Origin: Octopus sinensis
Lineage: Eukaryota
Length of the DNA stretch: 64,000 nt
NCBI RefSeq assembly: GCF_006345805.1
Contig: NC_043010.1
Location: 41,292,001 to 41,356,000 of the forward strand
Reading direction: 5' to 3'
Shown here: one piece after another, positions 50,576 to 62,846 of the stretch
Numbering within the stretch: the first letter of the stretch is position 1
Layout of the letters: each line of letters starts with the position of its first letter
Program-made: the position numbers and the translations under genes
Notes under the pieces: generated by a model
The model's input: only the letters and a program-made list of their open reading frames with translations
The model's database searches: none
What the model was told of the DNA's origin: nothing

Positions 50576-52147
50576 AATTGTAATTAGTTGAGAAATTTGT
50601 GCCATGTAGAGGAATAAGATATATAGTATGTGTGTAAATAAAAGACAATATATGGATTGTATGTGAAAGCAAAGACTACAGATGTTTGAGAGAAGAGAAA
50701 AACTTGACCAGAAGTTTTAATTGTTTTTGGCAAGCATGGATAAGTCTTGGTAACCCTCTACCAGAAGCCTTGTCCAAAATTTATGAACACAATGAACTCC
50801 AGCAAAGTTACGCATAGGTCAGGTGGTTAAATATGACCGGTATGTGTGTCCTTAAGCAAGACACTTATTTCATGTTGCTCCAGTCCACTCAATTGTAAAT
50901 AAGTAGCTGCCAGAATGCTCTGATGTGCTGGTAACTGACTTGAAGGTTCATTTTTTATTGTTATTGTTATCATTGTTGTCAATGCTGCTAGTGTAATTGA
51001 TTGTTATGTATTGTAGCAGAAGATTAAATAATTTTTGTTTTTGTTTTTTGGTTTTACCCTTGAAGGAAACATATTTGTAATGAGGCCATCATCCTACTCC
51101 ATCATTTTCTGTAACTGTTCATTATTTCTTCTTTCTTCTTTTTTTAAAATCTCTGTTAATACTTTTTTTCACAGGTTTGTATCTGAGAGGGGAAGAGGTA
51201 TATCTGTTTACACTAGTGTTATTACTGCTACAGCAACTACCTCTTAACCTTTCCCTATTCCTCCATAAGATGAAGCTATCTGGTATTTCTTGAGAACTTT
51301 ATTTACAGAATAAGAAAACATAGATATTAAAATGGTTTTTTTTTTTTTACCAACCCAAAGAAAGCACATGAATACTGAAATGCTTCAAAGTGTACTGATC
51401 AGTAAAATACACTGAAAGTAACTCTTTCCTATTGAGTACCAACCAAGACCAGTTGGTTATTGAAGTGGCTTAACATAATATAACAGCTTGCTGTCACCCT
51501 TCAGCTAAAGTATACCATCGTTCCTGAGCCTGACGTTGCAATTCATAGCACAAAACTTAGACTGTTATAATCATTCATGGTAACAAGTTGGGTAATAAAA
51601 TATCCATAAAGTGGACAAATATATTTTCATAGATGTTGATATTTCAAATAAAATTAAAAATAAGTGTCATAATTGAATATATACGGCGCAAAGTACAGCA
51701 AGATGCGGATGAAAATGTATGCCTTAAAAGTTACCACCGAAATTCGCTACGTATAAGAAGGTCAGAAAAATTTATTGCCTGTCTGTCTGAGATTGAAAAA
51801 AACATTCTCAAAACCAAGATGGGAATTAGGACAATACAGTAACAACAACAACAACAACGACAATAGCAATGTTAATAATGACAACAATAGTGACAATAGC
51901 AACAATAATAACCACTCTTAAGATTCTTAAGATTATAAACCTGGAAAATTACAGGACAAGTTATTACACCTGGAAAAGTTCAGGACAACTGATTATATCT
52001 GATGAGCTACAGAACAAGAACATTTTTTAGTTAAAATATTGCAGCTAAGGATAAAATCTGAATATTTAAAATTATTTAATTGAAATTTTCAAAGAAACAT
52101 TATAATTAAAAAAGGTACCATCATTTTGTTAAAATATTGACACTTTT

Positions 52148-52586
52148 ATAGGTGCAGGAGTGGCTGTGTGCTAACCAACCACATGGTTCTGGGTTCAGTC
52201 CCACTGTGTGGCATCTTGGGCAAGTGTCTTCTGCTATAGCCCCGGGCTGACCAATGCCTTGTGAGTGGATTTGGTAGACGGAAACTGAAAGAAGTCTGTC
52301 GTATATATGTATATATATATATATATTATATATATATAATATATATATATATGTGTGTGTGTGTATATATGTTTGTGTGTCTGTGTTTGTCTCCCTAGCA
52401 TTGTTTGACAACCGATGCTGGTATGTTTATGTCCCCGTCACTTAGCGGTTCAGCAAAAGAGACCGATAGAATAAGTATGGGGCTTACAAAGAATAAGTCC
52501 CGGGGTCGATTTGCTCGACTAAAGGCGGTGCTCCAGCATGGCCACAGTCAAATGACTGAAACAAGTAAAAGAGAGTAAAAGAGAGT
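52148..52586 (+). mobile_element. SINE family A
   Basis: Family A consensus. Confidence 0.88.
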
Positions 52587-53145
52587 TTTATGTTGAACAC
52601 TCGCTCTTGACGTATGTTGTTCGTGCATATCTCTTAAATATTTTAAAATGGGTCATACAACTCTTTGGTTTTCTCATCCCAGACGATTTGGACCAGGATC
52701 ACGACAATGTCGAGTCTGTGCCAACACTCACTCCGAGAATATTCCAATGACATTGGATTTAAGAAACTTGACTAATGGTTAACGCAAACATGTCCTGAGG
52801 CTTGTTAAGAAACATTTAACTGGCTTAAAAGTCAATAAATAACATTGTAATATATAAAAAAAAAAAAATGGCGGTGCCCCAGCATGGCTACAGCTCATAA
52901 CCTGAAACTAGATAAAATAAAAATAAAATCTATTAAAAAATGAGATCCAGAAGTACCAATATAGCTAAAGTCTTACGCAAAGTAGAATAATATATATGGT
53001 AGGCAAAAAATAGGAATTGGGTCAAGACTAAAAATGTGAAGGCAATAACTTAGGCAATAACTGAAGCAAATTTTACTGCGAATTTATTGCTATAGGTAGA
53101 TTTTACTGTAACATATAACTAATTTTTGTAATATTCTATTTATTG

Positions 53146-53563
53146 GGATCTTTTCGGTTTGAACGGCAGTTTTTAACATAATTTCTAGGTAACTAAAGAA
53201 TTTTAAACTTCGTATACTGGTAGAATGTGTTTATAAAACATCTTTTTCTCTTGGCTTTATTGAGAAAATTCTATAGTTTGTAAGATATTTGTTGTTTTTT
53301 TTTCTTCAATTTCTGCAATTTCAACCAATCAGTGACGTCTATGGAGTTAAAAAGCATTCTGTGCCATATGAATATGTCTCTCGTTTAAGAAACAGATTGG
53401 GTTTATTTACATTTGTGAAGAAAAAAAGATACCCTTCCCCCACCCCCAAACCCTAACCCTAAAAGAGATTGAAATGCAATAGATCGATTTTAGGGTCATA
53501 ATTATGGGTGACAATTTCATATGACACCGCTAGAAAAAACTACCGTTCAATCTGAAAAGATCC
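53146..53563. mobile_element. GG-terminal MITE, copy 4, TSD ATTTATTG
   Basis: TIRs plus perfect 8-bp TSD. Confidence 0.87.
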
Positions 53564-53766
53564 ATTTATTGTACTTACTAATTATGTACTACTATTATTT
53601 TTATAACCTATTTTCAAATTCCTAATTATTAATTAATAATTAAAAAAATGAATTTTTTAAAGTGCAAAGATATTTTTAGTTTTTAAAAATATTTAATAGA
53701 AGTAACAAGTAATACCGAATAGAAGTAATAACTTGTAATAAAATTTTTAGTTTTAATAAAAGCTAA

Positions 53767-54159
53767 TCTATATATATAAAACTGTAGTTGTGTGAGTGTC
53801 TGTCTCCTACGATTTAGATTCCTAACTACTCCCACATTTTGCGGTGCAGTTTAACCAAAACCGGGTATCTTATAGTCGTGATTCATATCGAGCCCTTCTG
53901 GGTATTAGCGCGTGTCTACGATGAGTCTACGATTTAAAAAAAAATTTACCATCATTTTTTTTCCATTTTAATGCATTTGTTCGCTATTATATAAAGGAAG
54001 TAACTCTCTAAAAATGTCTACGATGAGTCAACGATTTAAAAAAAAAATTACCATCATTTTTTATTCCATTTTTAATGCATTTTTTTGCTATAACTCTCTA
54101 AAAATGCTTATATAGTTATTTCCCTTACAAACCCGAGCAACGCCGGGCGATACTGCTAG
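53767..54159 (+). mobile_element. Non-autonomous Helitron-like element
   Basis: 5' TC after A, 3' hairpin CCCGAGCAACGCCGGG then CTAG before T; no TSD. Confidence 0.8.
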
Positions 54160-54344
54160 TATTTTCTAAATCTAAATATTTTATTTGAAATTTTATCCTT
54201 AGCTTCAATATTTTAAGTAAACATTTTCTTGTTCTGTACTTTACCAGATGTAATGAGTTGTCCTGAACTTTTCCAAGTGTAGTAACTTGTCCTGTACTTT
54301 TCCAGGTTTATAATCTTAAGAATATTCTCTTGCTCACATTTCCC

Positions 54345-54770
54345 CATGTAATATACATACACACACACACACACACATATACACGCATATATACATACAT
54401 ACACACATGTACACATAAATACATTCACACATATGTATACATATATATACATACACACATACATATATTTGCACATATGCATACACACACATATATCCAT
54501 ACATACATATATACATACACATATATACATATACATACACAAACACACACACACACACACACATATATGTATCTATACACAAACACATATATACATATAT
54601 ATGTACACACATACACATATACATATATATTTTCTAGTTCGTACGCACCTATATATTTGCACACGCATTCACACCTCTATATCTATATATATACCTAAAT
54701 ACATATGCATACATACACACATATATATATATGTATCTACGCTACTCAAGTATTTAAGTTCACATATACA
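54345..54770. repeat. Compound CA/TA microsatellite-like low-complexity tract
   Basis: Interleaved (CA)n, (TA)n and CATA units. Confidence 0.95.
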
Positions 54771-56847
54771 CTGGTAGTATATCTGTGAGGGTTGTTCTTC
54801 TCTTCAACGATCGAATGATTGAAAGTGTGGGTGTCATCCACTTCTATTTGGATATATGCATCTTTTTTTTTATAGAGAGAATCCCGTTATTGAAGGGTGA
54901 AATATTATTTTTTTTTTGTGTTCAGTGGTGGTTTGTACTTTCTAATGAAGAATTCTTCATTATATTTCTGGAACTCTTAGTTGTTCGACCATAACTTAAA
55001 AAAGGGGAAGATTATGAATTTTCCCTTTCCTCATGACGCAAAGTGTTCACTGCAAGTGATGTTTCTGACAGACGGGTCTCTAGCTTGTTGTTTATGTACA
55101 CGAACTCTGTTATATAGTCCCATTCTGGTTTCACTAATGTAGTATTCTTTACATTGTGAGCAAGTTGATTCAGCACTTAGAAAAGAATTTGAAAAACATT
55201 ATATTTCTTACCAAACGTCAACTATTCAAAAGGAATCAGCAGGAGAGGACTTTCATAAGCCCTTCATAAAACACTCCTTAAACACCCCACCACCTCCAAA
55301 CTCCACTGTCAGTCAATTATCATTTACTATTTTCTTTTCGCTCTTATTCATCAACACTACTTCACTCCCACACTTAACAAACCCAGCCCCACCCCAGATA
55401 CACCCAAGTCTCTTATACATAGAATCACACACCACAATACAACCTGAGATCAGTTTGACAATCGTCACCGACGAATGTGAGAAAATTCTACGGAAAAGTT
55501 AACAAAGAATGTTTAAAAAACTTACCGAAGTAAACAAAGAACTTACGAGATTTATAAACCAAACTATAAAATTATATTGTTACGGTTGGCTAAGTGCATT
55601 TCGGGTTTAATTAGTGTAGTGTTTCTGGTGACCCACATCGTGGATATGGTTCCAGTATGTCTGGTGAAAATGTGACAGTCTTTTGTCTAATGGAGGACTA
55701 ATGGGTTTTGGAATGACCTGTGACCTCGTGCGGCTGAGAAGAGGGTCAGGAGAATGTGAAAGAAAAGGGACAGATTAAGGGCTGAGAGCAAATAGAGATA
55801 GAGTATAAGCAGTAAGGGACGGATGGAGAGGCTAAGTCTGGCAGGCGATAGCGATAGAGTAAGAGCAGAGGGCAAATAGAAAGGATAAGCAGTAAGGGAC
55901 AGATAGAGAGGCTAAGGGATTGAGGCGATATAGATAGAGTAAGGAATCAGAGAGCAGTTAGAGAGGGTAGGAGCGATATAGACAGAGGGAGATGAGGGAG
56001 TGGAAGTCAGGACAAGGAAGTGAGGTTCTGGGGAGTCGTTGAGCGGTCGTCGAAGAACACAGACGGACTCTGGAGGTCAGAGCGAGTGGATGGAACCTTG
56101 GATTTAAGGAGCAAGCGTTGGAATTCCTGGGAGCGAGCTGGGATGCGAGGAGGCCTAGGAGCAAGCGATTGGGATATGTACAGAAGGATTTGGCAGTATT
56201 CAGAGGAATTGGCAGGATTGAGAGGAATGGGACACTGGCAGATTCAATTAGGAATTGAGGTATGTGTTGTGCATTGATATGTGTCACGGTGTATTGAACA
56301 GTGAAGAGAACAGTCAAGGACTCTGTCGATATGTCGATTATCGAGTTGTGGTATTAATTTTTCAGAATTGAGTAAAGGACTTGTTGATGTGACTTTATCT
56401 GTGATGTTCAGAAAGAGACTTTAAAGAACTGTTGTCTTCGGACGTGTACTCTTGAAATGCTGTTGTATTATGCGTTGATCTGTTGCATGATGTATTGAGT
56501 AGTCACGTGCATGTCTTCCTTTAAATGTCTGCCTTAAATGTATTTGATGTGTAGCAATTGATTGTCATATAAACTAGTAGTTGTTGAATATAAGCCAGTG
56601 TCTCTGTTGCCTTGCCTCTCTTTGGGTTGTATCTCGGGTTGTGCCTCCGTATCTCTGTGTTGCGGTTGTGGTTGTATCTGTATCTCTCCTCTCTCCTCCT
56701 CTTTGGGTTCCGTGGCGGAGCTAGTGGGCCGTTCGGGGCGAGCGACGACGGCGGGCGATCCCGTCCGTTTCGTAACAATATTATTAAAAAATTAAAAAGA
56801 TTAAATTGATTAAAACTACCAGTGAAGTCATTCAACTCCTTCATCAA

Positions 56848-56994
<147 letters not shown>

Positions 56995-56998
<4 letters not shown>

Positions 56999-57365
56999 CC
57001 GGAGTATGCACATAAATGTGAAACAAGTTATCCAGGCACAGAATGTCAGTCCAAGATGTGGGCTGACGACGAAACCGTTCAGCACGCTTTTGTACAATGT
57101 CGGGAGCTGTCAAGCTTGATAAGCTATGTACAACACGTGTTGTCGCATATGGGAGGAGTACGGCTATCGGCTGGATCTATAAAAAGGATGCTACCGCCAG
57201 CTGGACTCTCAAAGGAAGGTGAGGCATGTTTTCTCTGTACGGTTGCAGTATTGAAAGAGGGCGCGCGCATGGAGATCTAGATTGGAATGTATCGTGACAG
57301 GATCCTTTGTCTCTGGCCCTGGGTTACTAACTTACTTCAGGTACCATCTGAATTTTTGTGAGAGG
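56995..57365 (+). mobile_element. Tx1/L1-like ORF2 C-terminal fragment (third subfamily)
   Basis: [11 protein letters not shown]...VRLSAGSI...FLCTVAVLK aligns with ORF 43897-44430. Confidence 0.7.
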
Positions 57366-57383
57366 CCACCATTGTTGGTGGTA

Positions 57384-57795
57384 CTCTTTTACTCTTTTAC
57401 TCTTTTACTTGTTTCAGTCATTTGACTGTGGCCATGCTGGAGCACCGCCTTTAATCGAGCAAATCGACCCCGGGACTTATTCTTTGTAAGCCCAGTACTT
57501 ATTCTATCGGTCTCTTTTGCAGAACCGCTAAGTGACGGCGATGTAAACACACCAGCATCGGTTGTCAAGCAATGCGAGGGGGACAAACACAGACACACAA
57601 ACACACACACACACATACATATATATACATATATACGACAGGCTTCTTTCAGTTTCCGTCTACCAAATCCACTCACAAGGCATTGGTCGGCCCGGGGCTA
57701 TAGCAGAAGACACTTGCCCAAGATGCCACGCAGTGGGACTGAACCCGGAACATGTGGTTGGTTAGCAAGCTACTTACCACACAGCCACCCCTGCG
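57384..57795 (-). mobile_element. SINE family A
   Basis: Reverse complement of the family A consensus. Confidence 0.88.
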
Positions 57796-58266
57796 TAGTG
57801 AATTATTGAAAAATGAAAAAGTTATGCTGAGGCTACTGCAAAATTGAAAGACATTGTGAGAGACGGAATTGGTTGGTCGTTATAATTTTGTAAAGACTGT
57901 AACTGAGAAAAACATTTATTTGAAATTTTTATGGGAAAAAAAAAGGAAAAACAAATAAATATTGCAACTGATTTCTTTATTACCCACAGGGGGGCTAAAT
58001 ATATATATGGGACAATACACACATGCGGGGACACTCAACACATGAAAGAATGGAACAGTGAAATTATACAATGAAGATGGAATGGCCACCCCAGCCCCGC
58101 TCCGGGGTGGTTACGTTATTTCGATTATTTCAACACTTTTTTTCAAAATTATTTCAACATTTTTCAAAAGTTCTTTCCACAATTATCTCCACAGTTTTTC
58201 AAAATTTTTCAACATCAAAAGTTCTTTACAAAATTATCTCAACAGTTCTATACAACATAAAACTCG

Positions 58267-58673
58267 GATCTTTTCGGTTTGAACGGCAGTTTTTTCTAGT
58301 GGTGTCATATGAAATTGTCACCCATAATTATGACCCTAGTATCGATCTATTGCATTTCAATCTGTTTTAGGGTTAGGGTTAGTGGTGGGGGGAAGGGTAT
58401 CTTTTTTTCTTCAGAAATGTAAATAAACCCAATCTGTTTCTTAAACGAGGGACATATTCATACGGCACAGAATGTTTTCACCTCAATAGACGTCACTGAT
58501 TGGTTGAAATTGCAGAAAAAAAACAACAAATATCTTACAAACTGTAGAATTTTCTCAATAAAACCAAGAGAAAAAGATGTTTTATAAACACATTCTACCA
58601 GTATACGAAGTTTAAAAGTGTTTAGTTACGTGGAAATTATTTTTAAAAACTGCCGTTCAAACCGAAAAGATCC
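58267..58673. mobile_element. GG-terminal MITE, copy 5 (opposite orientation), TSD (A/T)AAAACTC
   Basis: TIRs plus 7/8 TSD match. Confidence 0.85.
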
Positions 58674-58684
58674 TAAAACTCTAC

Positions 58685-60480
58685 TTACCATTTTATATAG
58701 TTCGTAATTTCCTCATAATTCACCACTGGAGCGCTGGGTTCGAAATTCACCTCGGGGCCCCAGTGGGTTTATATCTGATGGGAAAGCCTCTTTTAACTTT
58801 CTGTACTTATCTTTTTCCATTAAAATCCATCTCGTCTCCTTATCGTAACCCTCCGAGAGGTCCACTTCAACAATGTCTTTCACTTTAGTTATTTTTCTTT
58901 CTATTTTTGGTGTCGACCGATATGTTATCAAATATAATTCTGTTCCTGTGTACCTCTTGCGTCTGTATGTCTGTTAATTTTTTTGTCTTTGTGACTCAGT
59001 ACTGTCACTTGTCTGTTCTTGTATAGTTATTTTATAGCTGTATGTCTGTGTATTTAATTGTCTGCGAGTCTGCATGTTTGTGTGACTGTAAGTCTGCATG
59101 TTGTGTCTGTGTGTCTGTGCTCTCGGGTTCTGTGTCTTTTGGTTTCTGCATCTCTGTGTTATCTTTTACGCTTCCGTGTGTATGTATGACTGCGTGTTAA
59201 TGCGTCTGCAAATCTGTCTGTTTGTGCGATTGTGAGTTTGTATGTTTATTTGGTGATGTTCTGCCTTCATCTTCTTTCCTCGGTGATCCCATTTGATCCT
59301 GTGATTTATATTTCTTTCCTTAGTCAACTTCCTAACTCTAACCCCTCCATTCTCTCTTCCTTAACTTCCTCAAAATCAGCTCTCTGTTCCTCTTCCTGTG
59401 TCTGTTTCTTCTCCTCTATCACGGCTTCTTGCGTTTCCATTTCTATGTTTTCCATAATTTCTGGGCACCTCTTTTGCCATATTCATAGCACTTTGCAGGT
59501 CTCCCCTCCAACAATATATCCAGCTTATCTGCGTTTGGCAGTTCCAGTGTCTCCGGTATTATAAGGTTGTCCCAAAAGTTTGTGTCATATATTCTTTGAT
59601 TCGAAGCCGGCTGAATGGTACTTTGACCTGATTCGACAGCTTGCAGATCGATGGCAGAAAGTCTTGGAAAATAATGGTCTTTATTTTGAGGAATAATTTT
59701 TGTTGTTTTTGTTAGTACTTGGCGAGTAAAAATTCAATTTTCACAAGTGTTTACGAACTTTTGGGACAACCTAATATATCGTATACTGACTTGCCGTGAA
59801 AACCACCTCCAAACCATACCCTCAGCAATTTATTTGTTGGGTACTGTTATCATAACTGTTCTTGCTTCTTCTTTTGATCCACAGAAAATTGTTGCCATTA
59901 CCCATTCTGGCTCTATTTTCGGCGGGTTCCTACCCACCCTAATCCTCGTTGGACATCTACCCAGCTGATTGCTGCCTCCGCCGATACAAATGTGATCTCT
60001 ACAGACGGGTATGTCTTGCCTCTTGTGAAAAACGACACATCTTCTTTCAATTCCTTCAAACACCCTTCCATCTCCTCCTTCGTTGCGCTCTCCGTTCTTT
60101 TATTTTTCGTTGAAAACGATTTATATTCCACCCCCTTAATTTCCATTTTTGCCTTTTCCTCCTCTGATGAGGCCAACTTTACGTATGGCCCCTCTTTCTG
60201 TACCAGCTCTTGATCTTTTCCAAATTTCTCAGCCATGTCCTTCATTCCAGCGCATTTCGTATTGCTTCAGCAGGCCCGAGACGACAGAATCCCGACTCCC
60301 CCGTCGCTGTCGCATATGGCTTCATTTTCTCCGTCTCAGCAACGCCCACCAAGCAATGGTGGCGTTATATTCAAAAAATGCTGCAAAGCAGCACAAAACA
60401 ACTCAACCAAAAAAAAAAAAATAATAAATAAAATAAAAAGAAAAACGCAGCGAAGCAAAAACACGTCCGAATTTATTTAA
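58685..60480 (-). mobile_element. Decayed gag/ORF1-like region of a non-LTR retroelement with 5' UTR
   Basis: Overlapping frameshifted ORFs 59913-60245 and 59830-60063 (VEITF...PTRIRVG..PP.IEPEWV) resemble L1/Tx1 ORF1 RRM segments. Confidence 0.55.
59562..59774 (+). mobile_element. Internally deleted mariner element (213 bp), TA TSD
   Basis: TIR AGGTTGTCCCAAAAGTT / AACTTTTGGGACAACCT; retains transposase C-terminus FDSKPAEWYFDLIRQLADRWQKVLENNGLYFEE*. Confidence 0.85.
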
Positions 60481-60868
60481 AGACTGTGAATGATTGAGAA
60501 AAAATATTTGGTTAATTTTTTTGTTTTAAAAAAAAGAAGGAAAAAAAGTAAATCCTGTAACTATTGAATGAACAGTCCTTAAAACATTTTCTTTAAGATG
60601 TAAGATGGAAAGGAAAAGAGAAGTCGCGATTAATCCTCGGAGCTGGGCTAGAAATTGTTAATTAAAATGTAAGGTTAAAAAAGAATAAAGGGAGATCACG
60701 GTTTCATCTCGGAGCGGGACCGAGATTGGCCATTTCATTTTCATTGTAATTTAATTCATTTTATATTCATCCTTTCATGTGTTTTTTTGTTCTCGCATGT
60801 CTGTGTATGTCCCAGCTGTGTTTAAGCCTTGTGCCTGTAATAAAGATTCAGCTAGCAAGCTAAGCTAC

Positions 60869-60909
60869 TCAGACTGATGAAGAGCAATGACTCTGAAACT
60901 AGTCTCTGG
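60869..60909 (+). ncRNA. Minimal type I hammerhead ribozyme (canonical core)
   Basis: TCAGA-CTGATGA-AGAG(CAATGA)CTCT-GAAA-C(TA)G-TC-TCTGG; GUC cleavage triplet at 60902-60904; ACTAGT palindrome in stem III. Confidence 0.7.
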
Positions 60910-61129
60910 TTGCTGGCTTTGCTGTGTGGAGGTGCTTATCTCCCCTGTTAGAAAACTTGACATAGAACGTTTGTGTCACATAGCCACTGGAAACGATGTT
61001 TCCTGGGGCTAAATAACAGTAGCATTCTTCCCTTTTCTGGGACTGCTACATTACGTTGGCAACAGACTATCACTTTATTGTGTTTCTTCTGTATAAGTCT
61101 CTCTGAGCGATTTAGAAATGCAATATTTC

Positions 61130-61177
<48 letters not shown>

Positions 61178-61178
<1 letters not shown>

Positions 61179-61645
61179 TAGCATTATGACCCGGCGTTGT
61201 CAGGTCTAGTGCTAATCAAGCATATTTGGTCTTTCATGAAAATCCTGCTCTCTTGTCATTCACTTGGTCTATCTCGTTAATTATTCCCTGTATTTCTCTA
61301 ATCAAAAAAGCGCGCACGTTTGAAAGCCAAAAAGGTGTGATACATAACAAAGGGAGGGAAATGCAGAGTTTTAAAGAGTTATTTCCCTTGCTATGGTTTA
61401 ATATCTTGAGATTAAACTTCTGGAGTTACGTCCCTTGTAGTAAAGACTTGTTACCTGAAACATAAGGGGTCGGTTTATCGATTTTTTTTTAATAGCTTTC
61501 AGGGGTTACTGGGGAAATGAAAAGATCTTCACAACCACCCTTGAACAGTTTTGAATGACTATAGAAAGTGCGAGCCCTCTAACTGAAAACTGTGGATTTG
61601 TATAAAGGATACACACACACACAGACATTTTGCCGTTTATATATA
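61178..61645 (-). mobile_element. Helitron-like element, second subfamily, in a (TA)n tract
   Basis: CTAG end with CCCGGCGTTG hairpin remnant; 5' end TTGCCGTTTATATATA shared with 61662-62025. Confidence 0.65.
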
Positions 61646-61661
61646 TTTATATATATATATA

Positions 61662-62025
61662 CTAGCAGTATCGCCCGGCGTTGCTCGGGTTTGTAAGGGA
61701 AATAACTATAAAGCATTTTTAGAGAGTTATAGCCAAAAAATAGCAAAAAAATGATGGTAAATTTTTTTTTTGATAGTTAAAAAGGTCGAGTTGCGTCCCC
61801 TGTGATTTGTGTTTCTGATTGTCGACCCCATGTCGAATTTACCGATCTTTTTCAGAACTGGGGGAACTTTTCAAAATTTTCGCTGCGTTAGTTTTGAATT
61901 ATGACATTGGGCTATCTGTGTGTCAAGTCTCATCAGAATCAGTTGAAAGCCGTGGTCAGGGTGAGGGTACGAGAAAACAGACACACAGAAACACGCACAG
62001 ACAAACTGCCGTTTATATATAGAGA
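61662..62025 (-). mobile_element. Helitron-like element, same 3' end as 53767-54159
   Basis: ACTAGCAGTATCGCCCGGCGTTGCTCGGGTTTGTAAGGG is the reverse complement of 54121-54160. Confidence 0.8.
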
Positions 62026-62048
62026 TATATATATATATATAATATATA

Positions 62049-62084
<36 letters not shown>

Positions 62085-62380
62085 TGTATGTATGTATGTA
62101 TGTATGTATGTATGTATGCATGTATGTATGTGCGTGTGTGTATGTATACATATATATATGAATATGTATGTATGCATATATGCACATATCCTTTTATCTT
62201 ATTTCGTTTAATGTATATACATATTTTTAAATAATATTCTTCTCTTATATTCAAGATTTATACATTTGAATTATTTCTGTATCTTTATTATACTTATTAC
62301 TCTTTCGCACCAGTTTCTCAATAATAAAAAAGCTTTTTTATTCACATCCATTTAGATCACTACTTTATATTTTAGAAAAT

Positions 62381-62416
<36 letters not shown>

Positions 62417-62812
62417 ATCAATTTTCTAACATATAACGTAGTGATGTAAGTTGATGTGAATAAAAAAGCTTTTTTTGTTATTGAGTGATTGGTACGAAAA
62501 AGTAATAAGTATAATACGCTGCTTTCTTCCAAGGAATGTAATACTTTTAGCTTATTTTTTCCTCGGGTTGGCCAGATTGGAGCAATCTCGAGTATAACCA
62601 GCCGAAATTGCAAAAATAACTGGAACTCGACTGAGGACAGATACTCCGAATGATGCATCCTTGTTTTTCGTGTATCGTCTGTATATTTTTTGTGCCTTTT
62701 TTGTTTCATCTAACTATCTGGATGTTTTGCGTTCTTGTCCCATTTTTGTATTTTTTAGATATAAAATATAGCGGCGTACGTACACTTTGGTCTCTCTCTC
62801 TCTTTCTCTCTG

Positions 62813-62846
<34 letters not shown>

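Noticed and set aside
54213-54777. Multiple 80-120 aa ORFs (HTHTYI / CVCVYM)
   Set aside because: Translations of CA/TA microsatellites; likewise the ORFs at 56521-57113, 61871-62254 and those within SINE family A.
62560-62660. Hammerhead-like motif near CAGATTGGAGCAATCT and CTGAGGA
   Set aside because: A small hairpin is present but there is no correctly spaced core with paired stem II and GAAA.
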